From: Felis catus
Taxonomy: Eukaryota
DNA: 64,000 nucleotides
Direction of reading: 5' to 3'
Assembly (NCBI RefSeq): GCF_018350175.1
Contig: NC_058368.1
Coordinates: 36,148,001 to 36,212,000 of the forward strand
Shown here: positions 26,466-39,597 of the stretch, piece by piece
Layout: the number at the start of each line of letters is the position of its first letter
Position numbering within the stretch: the stretch's first letter is position 1
Position numbers and translations under genes: made by a program
The notes under the pieces: generated by a model
The model's database searches: none
What the model was told of the DNA's origin: nothing
What the model saw: only the letters and a program-made list of their open reading frames with translations

Positions 26466-27784
26466 ATAAGATGAGAAGGAAGTGACCCCTATAAAAGTCA
26501 ATCAGTCAGTAGTTCAAAAAAAGAGGTTGGGGGGAGAGGTTTGAGATGGACAGGGTAGATGCAGGGCTTTCTCAAGTGGCTGGCAAGTTCCATTTGTCAA
26601 CCTGGTGTTTCCCTTATGAAAATTTGTTAAGCTGCATATTTGGTTTTGCTGTTTTCTATAACTATTTATAATAAAAAGTTGAAAAAAAAATCCTGGTTTC
26701 TCGTTCTAGCTGCAAATCTTGGGATGTCACTCCATAGGCCTTACTCATTTTAAAAATGTAGAGACATCCTAAGACATATTCCAGACCTGATATAAACAAA
26801 CTCAACTACAAAAATGTCTACTCAAGGAGTAGAACAAAACCATTCTTTACAAAAACCATGTCAGATAATCACTTAACTCACCAACAGTGTAATAGAACAG
26901 CTTTCCCAAGGAACAAAAAATCTACCAAAAAAAAAAAAAAAAAAAAACCATCTTGTATAACAGTATTAACATACAAGAAGCAGTCAAAGCCTAAGTTTGT
27001 CTAAATTTACTTTTTAAGCATTTTTTCACATAATGACCCAAGGATAGAGTTCCCAGTTTACTTCATCTATGCCTGAAGGCTTTCGGATTTTAAAAGGATT
27101 TGAAATAGTTTTGTATTACATTGATATGTGATACATATCAGAAGATATACCAACCGTATTTTCTTCGAAGTGGGGGGAAACCATTGTATTACACCAGTTA
27201 GGAAAGGTAATAAATCAAGGAAGCATAAAATTAATAATTAATGCTTTTTGTGCATCCAATTAACCTATGAAGTATTTTTCTAAGTATGTATAAAATTTAT
27301 TCTGTTTAGAAATTAAGAACTGAAAGGCTGTCTCTTAAGTCCAAACTAAATTAAAGGGGTTTTAAGTTTACCGCCAACTGGGAAGATAAGTCAGTCCACT
27401 AAAGGTTTTAAAGCAGGCATACTCTTTTTCTTCTTACTAATACTGTTCTATTAGGCATCTTTTCCCAAAACAGACCAGTTCTTCCATCTGTTATAATAGA
27501 TAAAATCATCAGAGGGAAATGTTAAGTGGCCAAGTATCAGGATTTCTTAGTAGCTACAGTATGCTACTTGAACACCAATTTGACCTTATGTACATTCAAG
27601 CTAGCCTTGAACCCAAAGGCCCTTTATTAATTAACAGCCTCTATGCTTTGCCTTTAAATTCCATCAACTCCTAGTCTTTTGTTGAATTAATGTTACACTA
27701 GCAGACATCTACTGATGAGGCTCATCCTGTAGAGCCCATCTCTGGGCTAGTTTTCATCTCTGATTGTACAGTAGCATCACCAAG

Positions 27785-27920
27785 ACAGATTTTCTAAATA
27801 CTGGTGCCTTGGTACCACCTGCAGGAATTCTGACTTGTTAAATGGTAGGGTTCAGACAGCTATTTTTTTTTTAAGTTCTCCAGAGGATTCTAATGAATAT
27901 CAAGGTTGAGGGCTATTGTT
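27785..27920. mobile_element. MER5-like hAT-Charlie MITE relic
   Basis: attctgactt...ttttaagttctccagaggattctaatg...aggttgagggctattg. Confidence 0.6.
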
Positions 27921-29072
27921 CCTGACCACTCTCTTTGCCCTCAATTCATCAGTTACCTTTCCCCTTCACTCACTGAAAGGCAACTCTATATAGGTAGCAT
28001 TTTCATTTTCTCATATTCCTTCAGAACATTTTCTTCTTTTAAAAGGTTCCATAGGGCTATTTGCTCATTATTTCCATCTCCATCAAATCACATGCCTCTT
28101 TTTTCTAGCACTCTCAAAGGTTTTTTTTTTTTTTTTACTACTTTTGCAGTTATCAGTCATGAGAAGTTTAATTACATTCATAAAAGCTAAAAATTATGAG
28201 CAGATCAAAATATCTCAGACCAAGACCCAACTCAATGAGAAAGATAAAGACAGCCGCAGATGATCTCCAATGGTATAAGCATCAGTGACCAAAACTCTAC
28301 ATTTGACCAGTAAATAAGTATTTCTGGTGAGTCTTTTAAAAAATGGCTATAAGAAAAGGTATCTTTAAGGTGTTTAAAAGATCGAAAATCCACAATGCTA
28401 ACTTAAACCTAATTTCTTATAAAAAAAAAAAAAAGAAAAGAAAGAAAGAAAGAAAGAAAGAAAAAAGCTGACTGGTTTCTTCATTATCATCTCCTGCCTA
28501 AGCAAGAACACACTGCAGTAATAGAGAACATTAAATGCCACCGGTGCCGCCCAGAAACAACTCATAATGAAGCTGGATGAATTTGAGCTGTTGGAAGATC
28601 ATTTTAATTGTACATAAATAAAACCTGTCCTATATAGGCAGAAATGGAAATTAAAGTGCCAGTTAGATTATTAAGAAATACTTCTAACAAGAAATTGCTT
28701 CATTGCCCTGGGGCTCTAATATTTTCCCCAACTCAGCAGACAAGACCTGGAGACAAACAAGCAAAATATCGTAAGCAAGGGCATTGTTGATAAATAGGTA
28801 AGTGTCTAATACCGAGTACCAGCCACAAATTTTTAGTAAGCTTTTATGTTACAAGTGTGCTTTGATCAATTCCCTAACCTGAAATGGAAGCCAAAAAGTA
28901 ATCCATGTTAACTGAAACTAGCAAGAATGTATAAAACTGTCTGGTTCATCGAAGTTTCCAGCAGCTAAAATATAAACCTTTTAAGTAAAAATGATGAAAA
29001 GTGAGAGGAAACAAAAAGAACCTGATTTATCTGTATCTGACAATGTTTTCCAAGACATATGAAAATGGACCC

Positions 29073-29179
29073 CATTGAGGAGGGCACCTGTTGGGATGAG
29101 CACTGGGTGTTGTATGGAAACCAATCTGACAATAAATTTCATATTAAAAAAATAAATAAAAGAAAAAAGAAAAGAAAAA
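29073..29179 (+). mobile_element. Extremely 5'-truncated feline L1 (terminal ~70 nt plus tail)
   Basis: cattgaggagggcacctgttgggatgagcactgggtgttgtatggaaacc...aataaa. TSD gaaaatggaccc at 29061-29072 and 29180-29191. Confidence 0.93.
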
Positions 29180-29467
29180 GAAAATGGACCCATGCCTTCA
29201 TGAAAGGCATGAAAATACTATATTATCAACGGGGGCATTAACAAATCAGAGCTAAGAATAAATGAAATCTAACTTTTCTACCTATGTAGATAACACAAAT
29301 TAGTACTAGTATTACTTAGTATTTTTTCAAAAAAAAATCTTTTCTGATCAAGATATGCGTAGACGGACAACATTGGACAAAACCACGTTCTCCATACTTG
29401 AACATCATGCTCTACTGGGCTAGAACAAGTGGTATCATGATAACACCTTTCAAATTATCTTTAGACA

Positions 29468-29469
<2 letters not shown>

Positions 29470-29505
<36 letters not shown>

Positions 29506-29520
29506 ACACAGACACACACA
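29470..29520. repeat. (CA)n microsatellite
   Basis: Directly visible. Confidence 0.95.
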
Positions 29521-30733
29521 TGAGACCTTATAACTCTACACCTACAAACTCAATTTAGATTCATTTTACTACCTTGTTTCACAAACCTGTGAGTCTTCTA
29601 TGTGCCTTTTAAAGTTATGTTCTGTAATATTTGGTGTTTATTTCTTACTAAAGAAGTCTAAGCAAGAACTACAGAAATACTTAGGGGTTCGAGGAGTAAA
29701 ATGCAACACCAAGTCAATCTTTTCCAATACATGCCTCAGCTGTCTGCAGTCTCGAATGACTAGGGAAGAGAACAGTTAACAAAGTCCAAGGAAGCTACCA
29801 GATATCTGGGCACAGCAAGACGGAATTCTGCTTCTTTCTGGGGGGGGGGGGGGGTGTCAAAAGGAAAAAACTGAATATAAATGGGAAATAAAGGTTGGAT
29901 GCTCTAATTAAGAAGCGCTCTCTCTCAGGGGGGAAAGTAAAAAAAAAAAAAAAAAAGCTAATGTATTTTGAAAGAATGAGAAGCTTAGAATCTTGAAGAG
30001 AAATTTTAAGAGCCTTTTATCCACACCTAACGGTACATCCAAAAGACAAGACCACTACATGCTGACAGCAGTCCACTCATAATTCATACAGAAGTCAACT
30101 ATCAGGACAGTCTCATCTTGTATCCAAAAGTAAGTTGGGGGGGGGGGGGGAGTCAATTCCAAAAAGTACGGACAAGCAAATGCTAATGTGTTACATTTCA
30201 CTTTTCCCCTCCCTCTTGCACCTCTGAGACTCCCCATCCCCCCCCACCCCCCAACCCCTGCTTCCAGGGCTTTGTTTTCACTTCCTAGGATGTAGGTTTT
30301 GACTTCCAGGATTCCTCCAGCTTTCTATGGTCACTGATTACCCTGAAAATGCCTAGAAGCAAAAGAGCAAATGAAAGATTCTTCTCAACAGATGGGAAAA
30401 GTAGGGTGAATTTTTTATGCTTACAATCCCTTTGTGATGGGGGGTGGGGGCAGGAGGGGAGAAGAAGTATCTTATAGCTCTAAATCCTACTCTCCACAAG
30501 TATCCTGTTTAACACATTTTTAAAAGTGTTTGTCAAGTAATCCATGGCTTCCTGTTAATCCTGTCAACAGACTTGTACATAACCCGGACATCATACACCC
30601 AGAGCCAGTTCGCCCTGAATACAACTCAAGCACCCACAAGAAGATAAAGACTGACATCAACCCGGGAATCACAGATACAGGGTATGATACACCAAAACCA
30701 AGGCAGCAAGTCTATTAGAAGGCGTCTACTGAA

Positions 30734-30943
30734 GGGCGCCTGGGTGGCTCAGTCGGTTGGGCGGCCGACCTCGGCTCAGGTCATGATCTCATGGTCTGTG
30801 GGTTCGAGCCCCGTGTTGGGCTCTGTGCTGACAGCTCAGAGCCTGGAGCCTGCTTTAGATTCTGTGTCTCCCTTTCTCTCTTTTCCTCCCCCTGTTGTGT
30901 CCTATCAAAAATAAACAAATATTTAAAAAAAAATTTTTTTAAA
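30734..30943 (+). mobile_element. Feline Can-SINE
   Basis: Full-length body. No TSD recognisable. Confidence 0.94.
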
Positions 30944-32069
30944 GAATTTATCTCCTTAGCTTGGTCCGTCCCCTCACAGCACAGGAGTCCTGACAAATAT
31001 CATCATTTAACATTACCTGCAGGGGTGCTTTAAAAATTTTAAGAGAAGAAAAGGGTTAATAATTAAACCACAATCAAGAATGAGAACAACACTCAGAGTC
31101 AGGATAAGCAAGACTGAATAACACATTTACAAGGTGCACTTTTATTAAATTATAGTTGCCTTTCATTTAGAAAATAGGGGAAATTCTTAGGCAATTGTGC
31201 TTAAGAGATCCTCTGTCCTGTTCCAGAATTTTCTTCTTACATTTTTGGGGAACGATGGATTCTCTTCCATTTGGACTATCATGTCTCATCCTAACTTCAA
31301 GGTCCTTACCACTTACTACAGAATAGTCTTACCATCCACCCAATAATCAAATAAAAGCCAAGACTGTATTCATTCATTCAGAAAGTTTTTTTAAATACAC
31401 TGACTACTGAACACCTGAGACAAGCCATTTACCAAGGAATGTCCATCTGGCCTTGTAGTACCCATCCTCATGTATGCTGAGTGTACTTGATGAGGGGAGT
31501 AATTTCCGGAGTTAATTAGAGATAGAGATCCTATGCAGGCAAAAGGCTATCAGGACAGTCCAGCAACATGTGCACAGCAGCAAAGCAAAATCCCAACTTC
31601 AAGTAGCTTAAATAAGAATAGGCACCCCATCACACAATGGGAGAGTCTGGAGGCAGGATTGTACATAGCCAGAGCATCAGCTCTAAGGGGTCATGTGCCA
31701 AGGATCCCACACCCTCTCACCACCATGTCAAATAACAGGAAAGAAAGTGGTTTTCTGCTCTGGATCTTTTTATAAGGAAAAGAAATCTTCCTCAGAAGCC
31801 CCCAGCACACCTGGCTTCCAGACTGTACAGGGCACATGTGGATCACCTATCCATCTACACCCTAGAAGTTGGAAAACTGTGATCTGACACTTTCAGCCTC
31901 TAACTAGGCTACTTGCTGAATAAAATTTTAATAATCTTTTCTAACTGAAAAAGTCAGCATTACTATGAATTTGTTGGGGTTTTTTTTCCCCCTATTCTAA
32001 GAAACAAGCTTGGCTAGTTTAGTGCTTGTTTGAGGGTTAACATTTCTAAAACATTTTCATATACTTTTC

Positions 32070-32108
32070 TTATACACATATATATACATATATACATACA
32101 TATATATG

Positions 32109-32150
<42 letters not shown>
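32070..32150. repeat. (TA)n/(CA)n microsatellite
   Basis: Directly visible. Confidence 0.9.
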
Positions 32151-32151
<1 letters not shown>

Positions 32152-32834
32152 AATGCTTACCCACAAAAAGAATCTCAAAGCAAAGTCTAAGGCTAAATTT
32201 ATAAAAATTTACCTGACAAATACCCCCATGTTCTCTGGAACAACCCATCCATAAATTTTCATGGTTTTTCCTCAGAGAAGCTTTTTTGGTACTCATTAAC
32301 CTAAATACCCTGGTATGACAAAGTCTGTATGTGAGAGTTAATGTGTCTCTACTTCCAGAGCAAAAATAGATGACTGGTCAGCTTGAACTTCCTAGAATGT
32401 TAACCACCCACCAAATTATTCAGAACCCTCCTAGGAAAAGTCACCATCCTCCCAGCACTAATTAAAGGAGTGAATGCTTTAATCATACTTTAGATAACTA
32501 ATCTATTTCAATCCTGATAATCTAATTATCTAATTCTAGTAAATAAATTCCAACCTTAGTCCAAAACGATTAGAGGATTAAAGTTTAAAATCAGTGAATG
32601 CAAACTGAAATAGATCCACTCTAATGAAGTTCAAAGTGATTTGTTCTTCTGTTAAAACGTCTGTTTGTTATCTGAAATTCAAGAACTAAAATGCACTATT
32701 ATACCAACGTTTTCTAAACCAATTCTAATAATATAGTATCTCTTGTAATTATATCAAGTAAATTCATACTTGTTGGATTTAAAATTCCCTAACAGGGTGG
32801 TCTTCCCTGATCACTCTATGCAGCAGTTCAGTCA

Positions 32835-32986
32835 GAGGGAGGGTGGGTGAAGGGATGGGTAAAATAAAGGGGATTAAGAGTACACTTATTGTAATGAGCA
32901 CTGTAATGAGTATAGAACTGGTAAATCCTACTGTACATCTGCAACTAATGTAACACTGTGTTAACTATATTTCAATAAAAAAAAAA
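32835..32986 (+). mobile_element. Older L1 3' terminal fragment
   Basis: gggattaagagtacacttattgtaatgagcactg...ctaatgtaacactgtg...aataaaaaa. Confidence 0.8.
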
Positions 32987-33213
32987 CAGTTGTATTATCT
33001 CCAATCCCCCTGCTTTTTTTCCCCACATTACATTTCACTTATTATACGTTTGTGTGTTTCTGTTGTGTATATCCTATGTTACTCCGTAGGCCACGATGAT
33101 TGACCATCCTGGTGCTTCAACTCCATTGCCTAAAATATTGCCTGATATACAGACACTTAATAAATGTGACACGGACTCACTAACAGTCAACTTGAATTTT
33201 CAAACATAAATCC

Positions 33214-33475
33214 GGGGCACCTGGGAGGCTTAGTCGGTTAAGCGTCCAACTTCAGCTCAGATCATGATCTCGTGGTTGGTGGGTTTGAGCCCCGCATCAG
33301 GCTCTGTACTGACAGCTGGGAGCCTGGAGCCTGCTTTGGGTTGTGTCTCCCTCTCTCTCTCTGCCCCTCCCCTGCTCACCTTCTCTGCCCCTCCCCTGCT
33401 CACCTTCTCTGCCCCTCCCCTGCTCACGTTGTCCCATTCTCTCTCAAAAATAAGTAAATATTAAAAACTTTTTTT
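33214..33475 (+). mobile_element. Feline Can-SINE with a triplicated 24-bp internal unit
   Basis: TSD aaacataaatcc at 33202-33213 and 33744-33755, enclosing the nested L1. Confidence 0.93.
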
Positions 33476-33481
33476 AAAAGG

Positions 33482-33735
33482 CTGCCATTAACTTTGACAG
33501 AAACCCATGGGGGAGGGTAAGGGAAAAAAAAATGAGGTTAGAGTGGGAGAGAGCCAAGTCTTTGGCTCTCCCAAAGACTCTTGAAAACTGAGAGCAAACT
33601 GAGCATTGATGGGGGGGGGGGGGGTGGGAGGGAGGGAAGGGTAGGTGATGGGCATTGAGGAGGGCATCTTTTGGGATGAGCACTGGGTATTGTATGGAAA
33701 CCAATGTGACAATAAATTTCATGTATTAAAAAAAA
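33482..33735 (+). mobile_element. Feline L1 3' end nested in the SINE tail
   Basis: ccatgggggaggg...gggatgagcactgggtattgtatggaaacc...aataaatttc with poly(A). Confidence 0.92.
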
Positions 33736-33787
33736 GGTTTAAAAAACATAAATCCAAGTACATCAGTAATTATGGCATAAGGATTTC

Positions 33788-34014
33788 TTTTTTTAAAATT
33801 TTTTTTTTTTAACGTTTTATTTATTTTTGAGACAGAGAGAGACAGAGCATGAACGGGGCAGGGGCAGAGAGAGAGGGAGACACAGAATCGGAAGCAGGCT
33901 CCAGGCTCTGAGCCATCAGCCCAGAGCCCGACGCGGGGCTCGAACTCACGGACCACGAGATCGTGACCTGAGCTGAAGTCGGACGCTTAACCGACTGAGC
34001 CACCCAGGCGCCCC
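33788..34014 (-). mobile_element. Young feline Can-SINE
   Basis: CpG-rich full-length copy. TSD ataaggatttc at 33777-33787 and 34015-34025. Confidence 0.97.
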
Positions 34015-35345
34015 ATAAGGATTTCAACAGCAAGAACAAACAAATCACAAAGAAAAAAAATAAGAAACGATTGCTACAACCACCAGTGCTACCACAAGAG
34101 ACAGCCACCAGTTATAAAACCGGTTATGTTCCAATCATGGCATCAACAATTTAATTCTAACAACAAGCTGATGATACAGATATTAGTCCCATCTTAAGGA
34201 TGAGGAAATTGAGCATCAGAGGTAAAACAAGATGCCCAATATCAAAGGGATGATAAGTCATCCGAAATACAAGTGCTCTGACTCTTAAGTCCCTAATTCT
34301 AATTTGTGATGTCCAGGTAGCATTAAGGGACAAAAAGCAATTTTTGTCACAACAGCAGGATACAGTGCCCATCTACATAGAGAGCCAAAAAAAAAAGTAT
34401 AGTACTCAGTGATTTGAACAACTAAACATCAGAATGCCAAACCTGAGACATGTTTAAAAATTAAACATCACTTGAGTCTGTCTTCCCAAACAAAGGCCTC
34501 CAAGTCACTGACTGGTCTAGGAGATAAATGGAGTTAAAGTATAAATAACTTATATTCTTGTAACCTGGTCTTTGGTTAAAGTATCCGGTGAAAAGTACAG
34601 TGTGTTAAGTCATTTTTCTCTAATCCAATTCTATTTTAAATTCAGCCAAAATCATTTTCTGCTGTCTTTCTGATTGCTTCTTCATTAGCTTCCATTTCTA
34701 GATTTCATCGAATCCATTTATTCAATTTTTATATGACTGGTCAAGCTCATTTGTTGTCCCACGAAATAAATATAATTGATTCTGTGTGCCAGTCATGGTT
34801 TCTTAGACATTTACTCATTACTTCCACCCACATATTTCATGTTTCCCTAGAAAACTGGCAGCCGAGTGGACGCTTAATGCTCCTTCCAACGTCTACATTT
34901 ATAATTTGTTACAAGATAATTTTATCCGTAGGGAAACTCGCATTAAGGAGATGCCTCTAAGCCACTATTATGTGTACTGATTTACGTAGTTAGAATTTCA
35001 TCAGTCTTACTTTTCTGTAATGCAAATATCATCCTGGTGTATAAGTGACATTAGAGATCAATAGCCATCTGAATCCACTAACAGGCAAAGAAGTCTTGGA
35101 GTCAGTAAACCAACCAGTCGGTCGGTGTTCCTCACCAATGTGAGGGGCTAAAGGACCACAGCAGTTTTAGAAGCTGTAAGAAGTATTTTCAAATTAAACA
35201 AACGTCCAATACTTGTGCCTTTATACGCTCAAAAGCCCTCTGATTCCAGTTGCCCACAAACTTAAGCACATCATTAGACAAACGCATTGTTTTCCCCACT
35301 GCAGCACGTTCCAGCAGTATCTCTCAACTTGACAGTTTTACTTAC

Positions 35346-35450
35346 TGTCTTGGAAGCAGTATTAATGTACTGCATCACCATTTCTTTTTTGATGCTGAAG
35401 TCCTTTTCCCGCAATGGTGCTTTCTTATCTTCATTTAAATTCATATCTTC
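35346..35450 (-). CDS. DIAPH3: DIAPH3 internal coding exon, equivalent to human exon 4 (GTPase-binding domain)
   Basis: Translates to EDMNLNEDKKAPLREKDFSIKKEMVMQYINTASKT (105 nt, phase 0-0) and continues in frame from ...FEKMM of the upstream exon. Acceptor ttgtgttttccAG, donor GTAAG (cttac at 35341-35345). Confidence 0.97.
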
Positions 35451-36789
35451 CTGGAAAACACAATTAAAAAGCCTCATTTTAGAATCTAAGTAGAGCAGCA
35501 ATTCTACATACCCTACCAACGGAAAATCAATAATTTGTGACTACGGCAGCATTAATTGTTTTGGAATGATTTACGTGTAGTTCTGCCTGGAGGAAAGCAA
35601 AGAGCAGGAGACACAGAGAAAAACACGTTCTAGATCATTTTAACAGGTAAAACACCAGAAAATCTTTTTAAATTCGCAACAGGCTAGTAAAATTACACTC
35701 TCATCACTACCGGTAATTAGACAGTTGAAGATTTCTGCCTTTCTTAAGGTCATCTGGATTCACATTTTAAATACACAAACACAAATATAGGTACTTTAAA
35801 AAAATAAAAAGAACAGTGCACCTGAAGCTATCTTGCACTATTTCTGAAAGAGCTGTTCCATGTATCATAAAAATTAAAAGGTAAATAAGCAAGCACTTTT
35901 CCTGATTCTGTAGCTACAAGCTCATAGAATCAAATACCTGGTAGAGAGCCTAGCAAAAGGCAAAGCATTCTAGTTTTCTCTTCTCTACCCCTACCAAAAA
36001 TACCAACTCTACTTAATTTATTCTAGGTTCTAAATAACATAAAAGTTGCACTCATAAAATGAAGTACCACCTAAAAATCTAACATTTCTCAACAGCACCA
36101 ATCAAAGGTTAAAGTAACCTGGAGCTCACTACAGGTCTAATACTAACTAAAAATACAAATCAAGAATATCCACGTAAGTATGAGAATTGCTACCAGTTAA
36201 GTTGCCCTCATTAGAGGCCGTTCTGGTAATGGAAAAGGAGCCTAAAGTATAACAGAAATGGCTGAAAAAGGGCTGCTCAAATGGATTTCCTCCAGATAGT
36301 AGCCCTTATTTGTAACACACAATAGAACACACTTGAATGTATACCAACTCCATAGCCTCTCAGAAACAGGTGTATAAAAATCAAGAATTCAGATCACCTG
36401 TGGAGCCCAGCAGGTTAAATTTATTCTAAGTTTTAGAAGAGTGCTACAATTCATCAGACACTGTAGTTTATGCCTTTAGCTGACTCAGTTTTTGGCTACC
36501 CATCCCTTCAAGCACTTAAAAGTCAAAATTTCCTTCATTTCACCTTGATATAAATATTTAAGATCTTAGAAGTTGTTCAACTTGACACTCTAATAAAAGG
36601 TAGTAATTAGTAATGTCACTCCCGGCTGTTCAGGTTAGAAATATCCTATTATGTGAATAATGGTTTGTTTTGTTCCTTTTTTTTTTTTTCCCCTCTAAGC
36701 CTGGGACTCTCAATAGGCCTTAACACCACTTAGGATTTTAGAAAGGTCTTGGGATATTCTGGTCATCAGTGACCTGAGATGAAGCTACC

Positions 36790-37452
36790 AGTATTCATCA
36801 AGGTATATTAGACATTCTTCAACACATGGGCTAATCCTACACAATGAGAAACTGTCTTGTGTCCCACAGAGAGAGACACACATCTTGAAAAAGAAAAATT
36901 TATTTAAGCCTAGAATAACTCAATAGAATTAAATGTACAATGGCATTAATATGTAAGTTGTTACAGATGAAATACTTTGCATTATGTGATTTTAATATTT
37001 AATATTCTAATATAGCTGCAAGTTATAGTACCACTGGGTGTATTTGTTGTTGTTTTTGTTTGTTGTTTGTTTTTAAATAAGCTTTATCATCAGTCGTGCT
37101 CTATTTTTGAAATTTGGGTACCCCAGGACAACACTGCTTGTGGTATTTGAATCACTAGAACAGCACAGCTACATAAAACCTGCACGATAGCTATTGTATG
37201 CACAAGTTGAAGATTCAAGAATGACTTTATTATACCTTCTTCAGCAGTCATGGCCAATTGTTTATATTGAAATATATGTTGAATATTTATTACAGTGAGG
37301 TATTAAGTGGATTTTTTTTAATTATGAGTGTAGGTAGTTTATATTACCTATATAGAATTTCGTTGGAAGAAAGTAATGGGGAAGTTACAGGGAAAGTAAT
37401 GGGAATACTGGTTACAAAAAGGCAGGGTACTTAAGAGTACTGAGAACCCCTG
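36790..37452. mobile_element. MER20B/hAT-Charlie-like DNA transposon relic
   Basis: atcctacacaatgagaaactgtc near the left end and tgagaacccctg at the right end. Confidence 0.45.
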
Positions 37453-37802
37453 TATTAAATTATTCACTGTATTTTTATTTTCTTTCTAATGGCCAAGCAT
37501 GGCCCAGCCTCTTTCACCAGCAAATTAAAATATGTAGTAAATACAGAATGCTAACAAACTACAAAATCCTTTAGTTGTGGCTGAAATCAAAATAAAATTT
37601 TAAGATATACACTTTTAAAAAGTTTACTGCCTCCTTTTTGGAAAGGCATATTCAAGATGACAGGAGCTCATACACAATAGTGGTATATTTGGAATTAAGG
37701 AAGAGACTCAGGGTTCTCCCAACCTCTTTCCACTATCTTATTCCACCTCTCTTGTCTAAATACGGCAGTCACTTCATGACAGTCCCTGTTTTAAAACAAA
37801 AA

Positions 37803-38004
37803 GGGGGGAGACTGGGTGGCTCAGTCAGTTGAGCATCCAACTCTTGATTTCAGGTCAGATCATAATCCCAGGGCCATGGGATCAATCCCCGTGTCCACTC
37901 CTCGCTGAGCATGGAGTCTGCTTAATAGTCTCTCTCCCTCTGCCTCTCTCTCCTGCTTGCACTCTAAAATTTAAAAAAACTAAAAGTAAAAAGAAATAAA
38001 AATA
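37803..38004 (+). mobile_element. Can-SINE (older subfamily)
   Basis: Head, gggatcaatcccc...gcatggagtctgctt, CT tract and tail. Confidence 0.9.
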
Positions 38005-38389
38005 AAAGCAAAAAGGAAAATGAAGGAAGGACACTGAAAGTTTGGAATCAGCTACATAGTACTGCAGACCTTTCTCATTAGGCATGTAACTCACAGGTGG
38101 TCATTCTCTACATGTCCAGAAACCAATGGCACTGGAAAAAGAAACTGCCATTTACAAAGGGAAAAAAGGATATCTAGGAGCAATGAAAAGGAAAAATATA
38201 TATTTGTGTATAAAAAAAAAGTGCAGTATTTGTAAAATAGATTTTTATCTCACAAAGAAAAAGGCTGAAAGGAGAAAGCCCTATTGGACTTTGGCGCTGA
38301 ATTTCAGCAGGGGGCGGGTGGTGGGGGTGGGTGTCTACAAAGTCCTTGAAAAATGTATTGGAAGCTTTTTCCTAGCTAATGCACATCTA

Positions 38390-38863
38390 TATAGGGGGAG
38401 AAAAAAGTTCTTTCTTTCTACCCTTCATAGGTTCTTCTAGTTAAACTAGGAATTAAATTGGCATGAGGCTGATCAACAGGAGAAAAATCAAATTTAATTC
38501 ATACATACAAGAACCCCACATACAAGAAAGATTCCAAGACCGAAAGGTAAAATGAGGTTTATATGCCATACCGAGCTGAGGCGTGGGATAGGAGCCTGGG
38601 GTTTCCAAGGGGAGGAGGGCAATTCACAGGGCAATAAGAGGTTTGGTAATTAGGTATTTGTTCTGCTATACAGATGGCTCACTCAGATAAAACTTCTCTC
38701 ATAGTAATGCTTTGGGAAAGACTCTCAATTTACATTCTTCTAGGTGGTTCAGACAGGGGCCAAAAAGTTTCTCTTGAGCCCTCCAGGCCTCAGTTGCCTT
38801 CAACTCCAGCAGTCCACATGCCAAAGTGGAACAGTTTGGGGAAACTTGCTCTGAATCCCTTCA
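38390..38863 (-). mobile_element. ERV1-class solo LTR (MER34/MER39-like)
   Basis: Ends atgccaaagtgg..tttgggg...tctgaatcccttca, typical of the reverse 5' end of this LTR class. Confidence 0.65.
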
Positions 38864-39234
38864 GTGTCTTTAATTCCAGAGGAGCTAAGCTGAGCATCTC
38901 TGAGGGCTATCTAGGAAACTAGAGTTAGGGGTGAGGGGTGGAATCAGGGGAGAACAAGCATCTTCATTTAATAGCCCCCTGCCTTAAGGGAAAATCTTCA
39001 GTGTGAGAATTTGAGCATCACATAGTCTAAGCTCCATGTGTTACAGGATAAAAAATACAGGCTCACAGAAATCGCATGACTTTTCCTAGCGAGGTGGCTA
39101 TTAGAAACACAAGGCCTGGAGCCCAGACTACCAGTCCAGGGCAGTTTCCAGGTAATTATAAGAGGTCCCTTGCAAATAAGCCAACCATTTTCATGTTACT
39201 CAGTTTCCATCTGCTCAAAATGATCATACAGTAG

Positions 39235-39597
39235 CCCTATTGCCTTTGGTCCGGTTCCCAAGAGGTACTGTGTGAGGCAAGGATCCTGGTGCAGATGACT
39301 AACAGAGGGGTGCCCTCAGGATAGGGGAATAAAGAAAAGCAAGACAGAGCAGGGGAAAGAGACTTTTGAAAATATTGCTTCAGCCTGAACTGCATGGCTG
39401 TCAGTACTACCTAGAGGGAGAGAACACTTTGACCCCTCCTAATCAGTCAGCGGATTAGCTACAGGATCCTAGCCCCTGGAACCCAAATCTCCAGATAGGG
39501 CAGCTATAAACTATGAGGAACTAACACTTACCACCTGGAATCTGCGTGCACCAGCCTGATGAAGGTGGTCTTAGAGGGGCACCAGCAGCATCCACAA
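39235..39597 (-). mobile_element. ERVL LTR (LTR16-like)
   Basis: tgaggcaaggat..tggtgcagatg and terminal gggcaccagcagcatccaca. Confidence 0.6.

Noticed and set aside
30230..30260. C-rich tract (G-quadruplex on the transcribed strand) and nearby poly(G) runs
   Set aside because: Homopolymer-like low-complexity tracts are common, and nothing in the sequence indicates function.
30530..30718. 62-aa ORF with a protein-like composition
   Set aside because: It has a non-ATG start, is antisense to the host gene, and shows no recognisable homology, splice signals or retrocopy hallmarks.
1..35345. Further DIAPH3 exons (GSLKRSRQISPQEF... or HLNIRTLTDDM)
   Set aside because: Not found by eye here or above 56136. 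They most likely lie outside the window.
35274..35519. 81-aa ORF as a stand-alone gene
   Set aside because: Only the central 35 codons, bounded by AG/GT, are DIAPH3 exon. The rest is intronic read-through.
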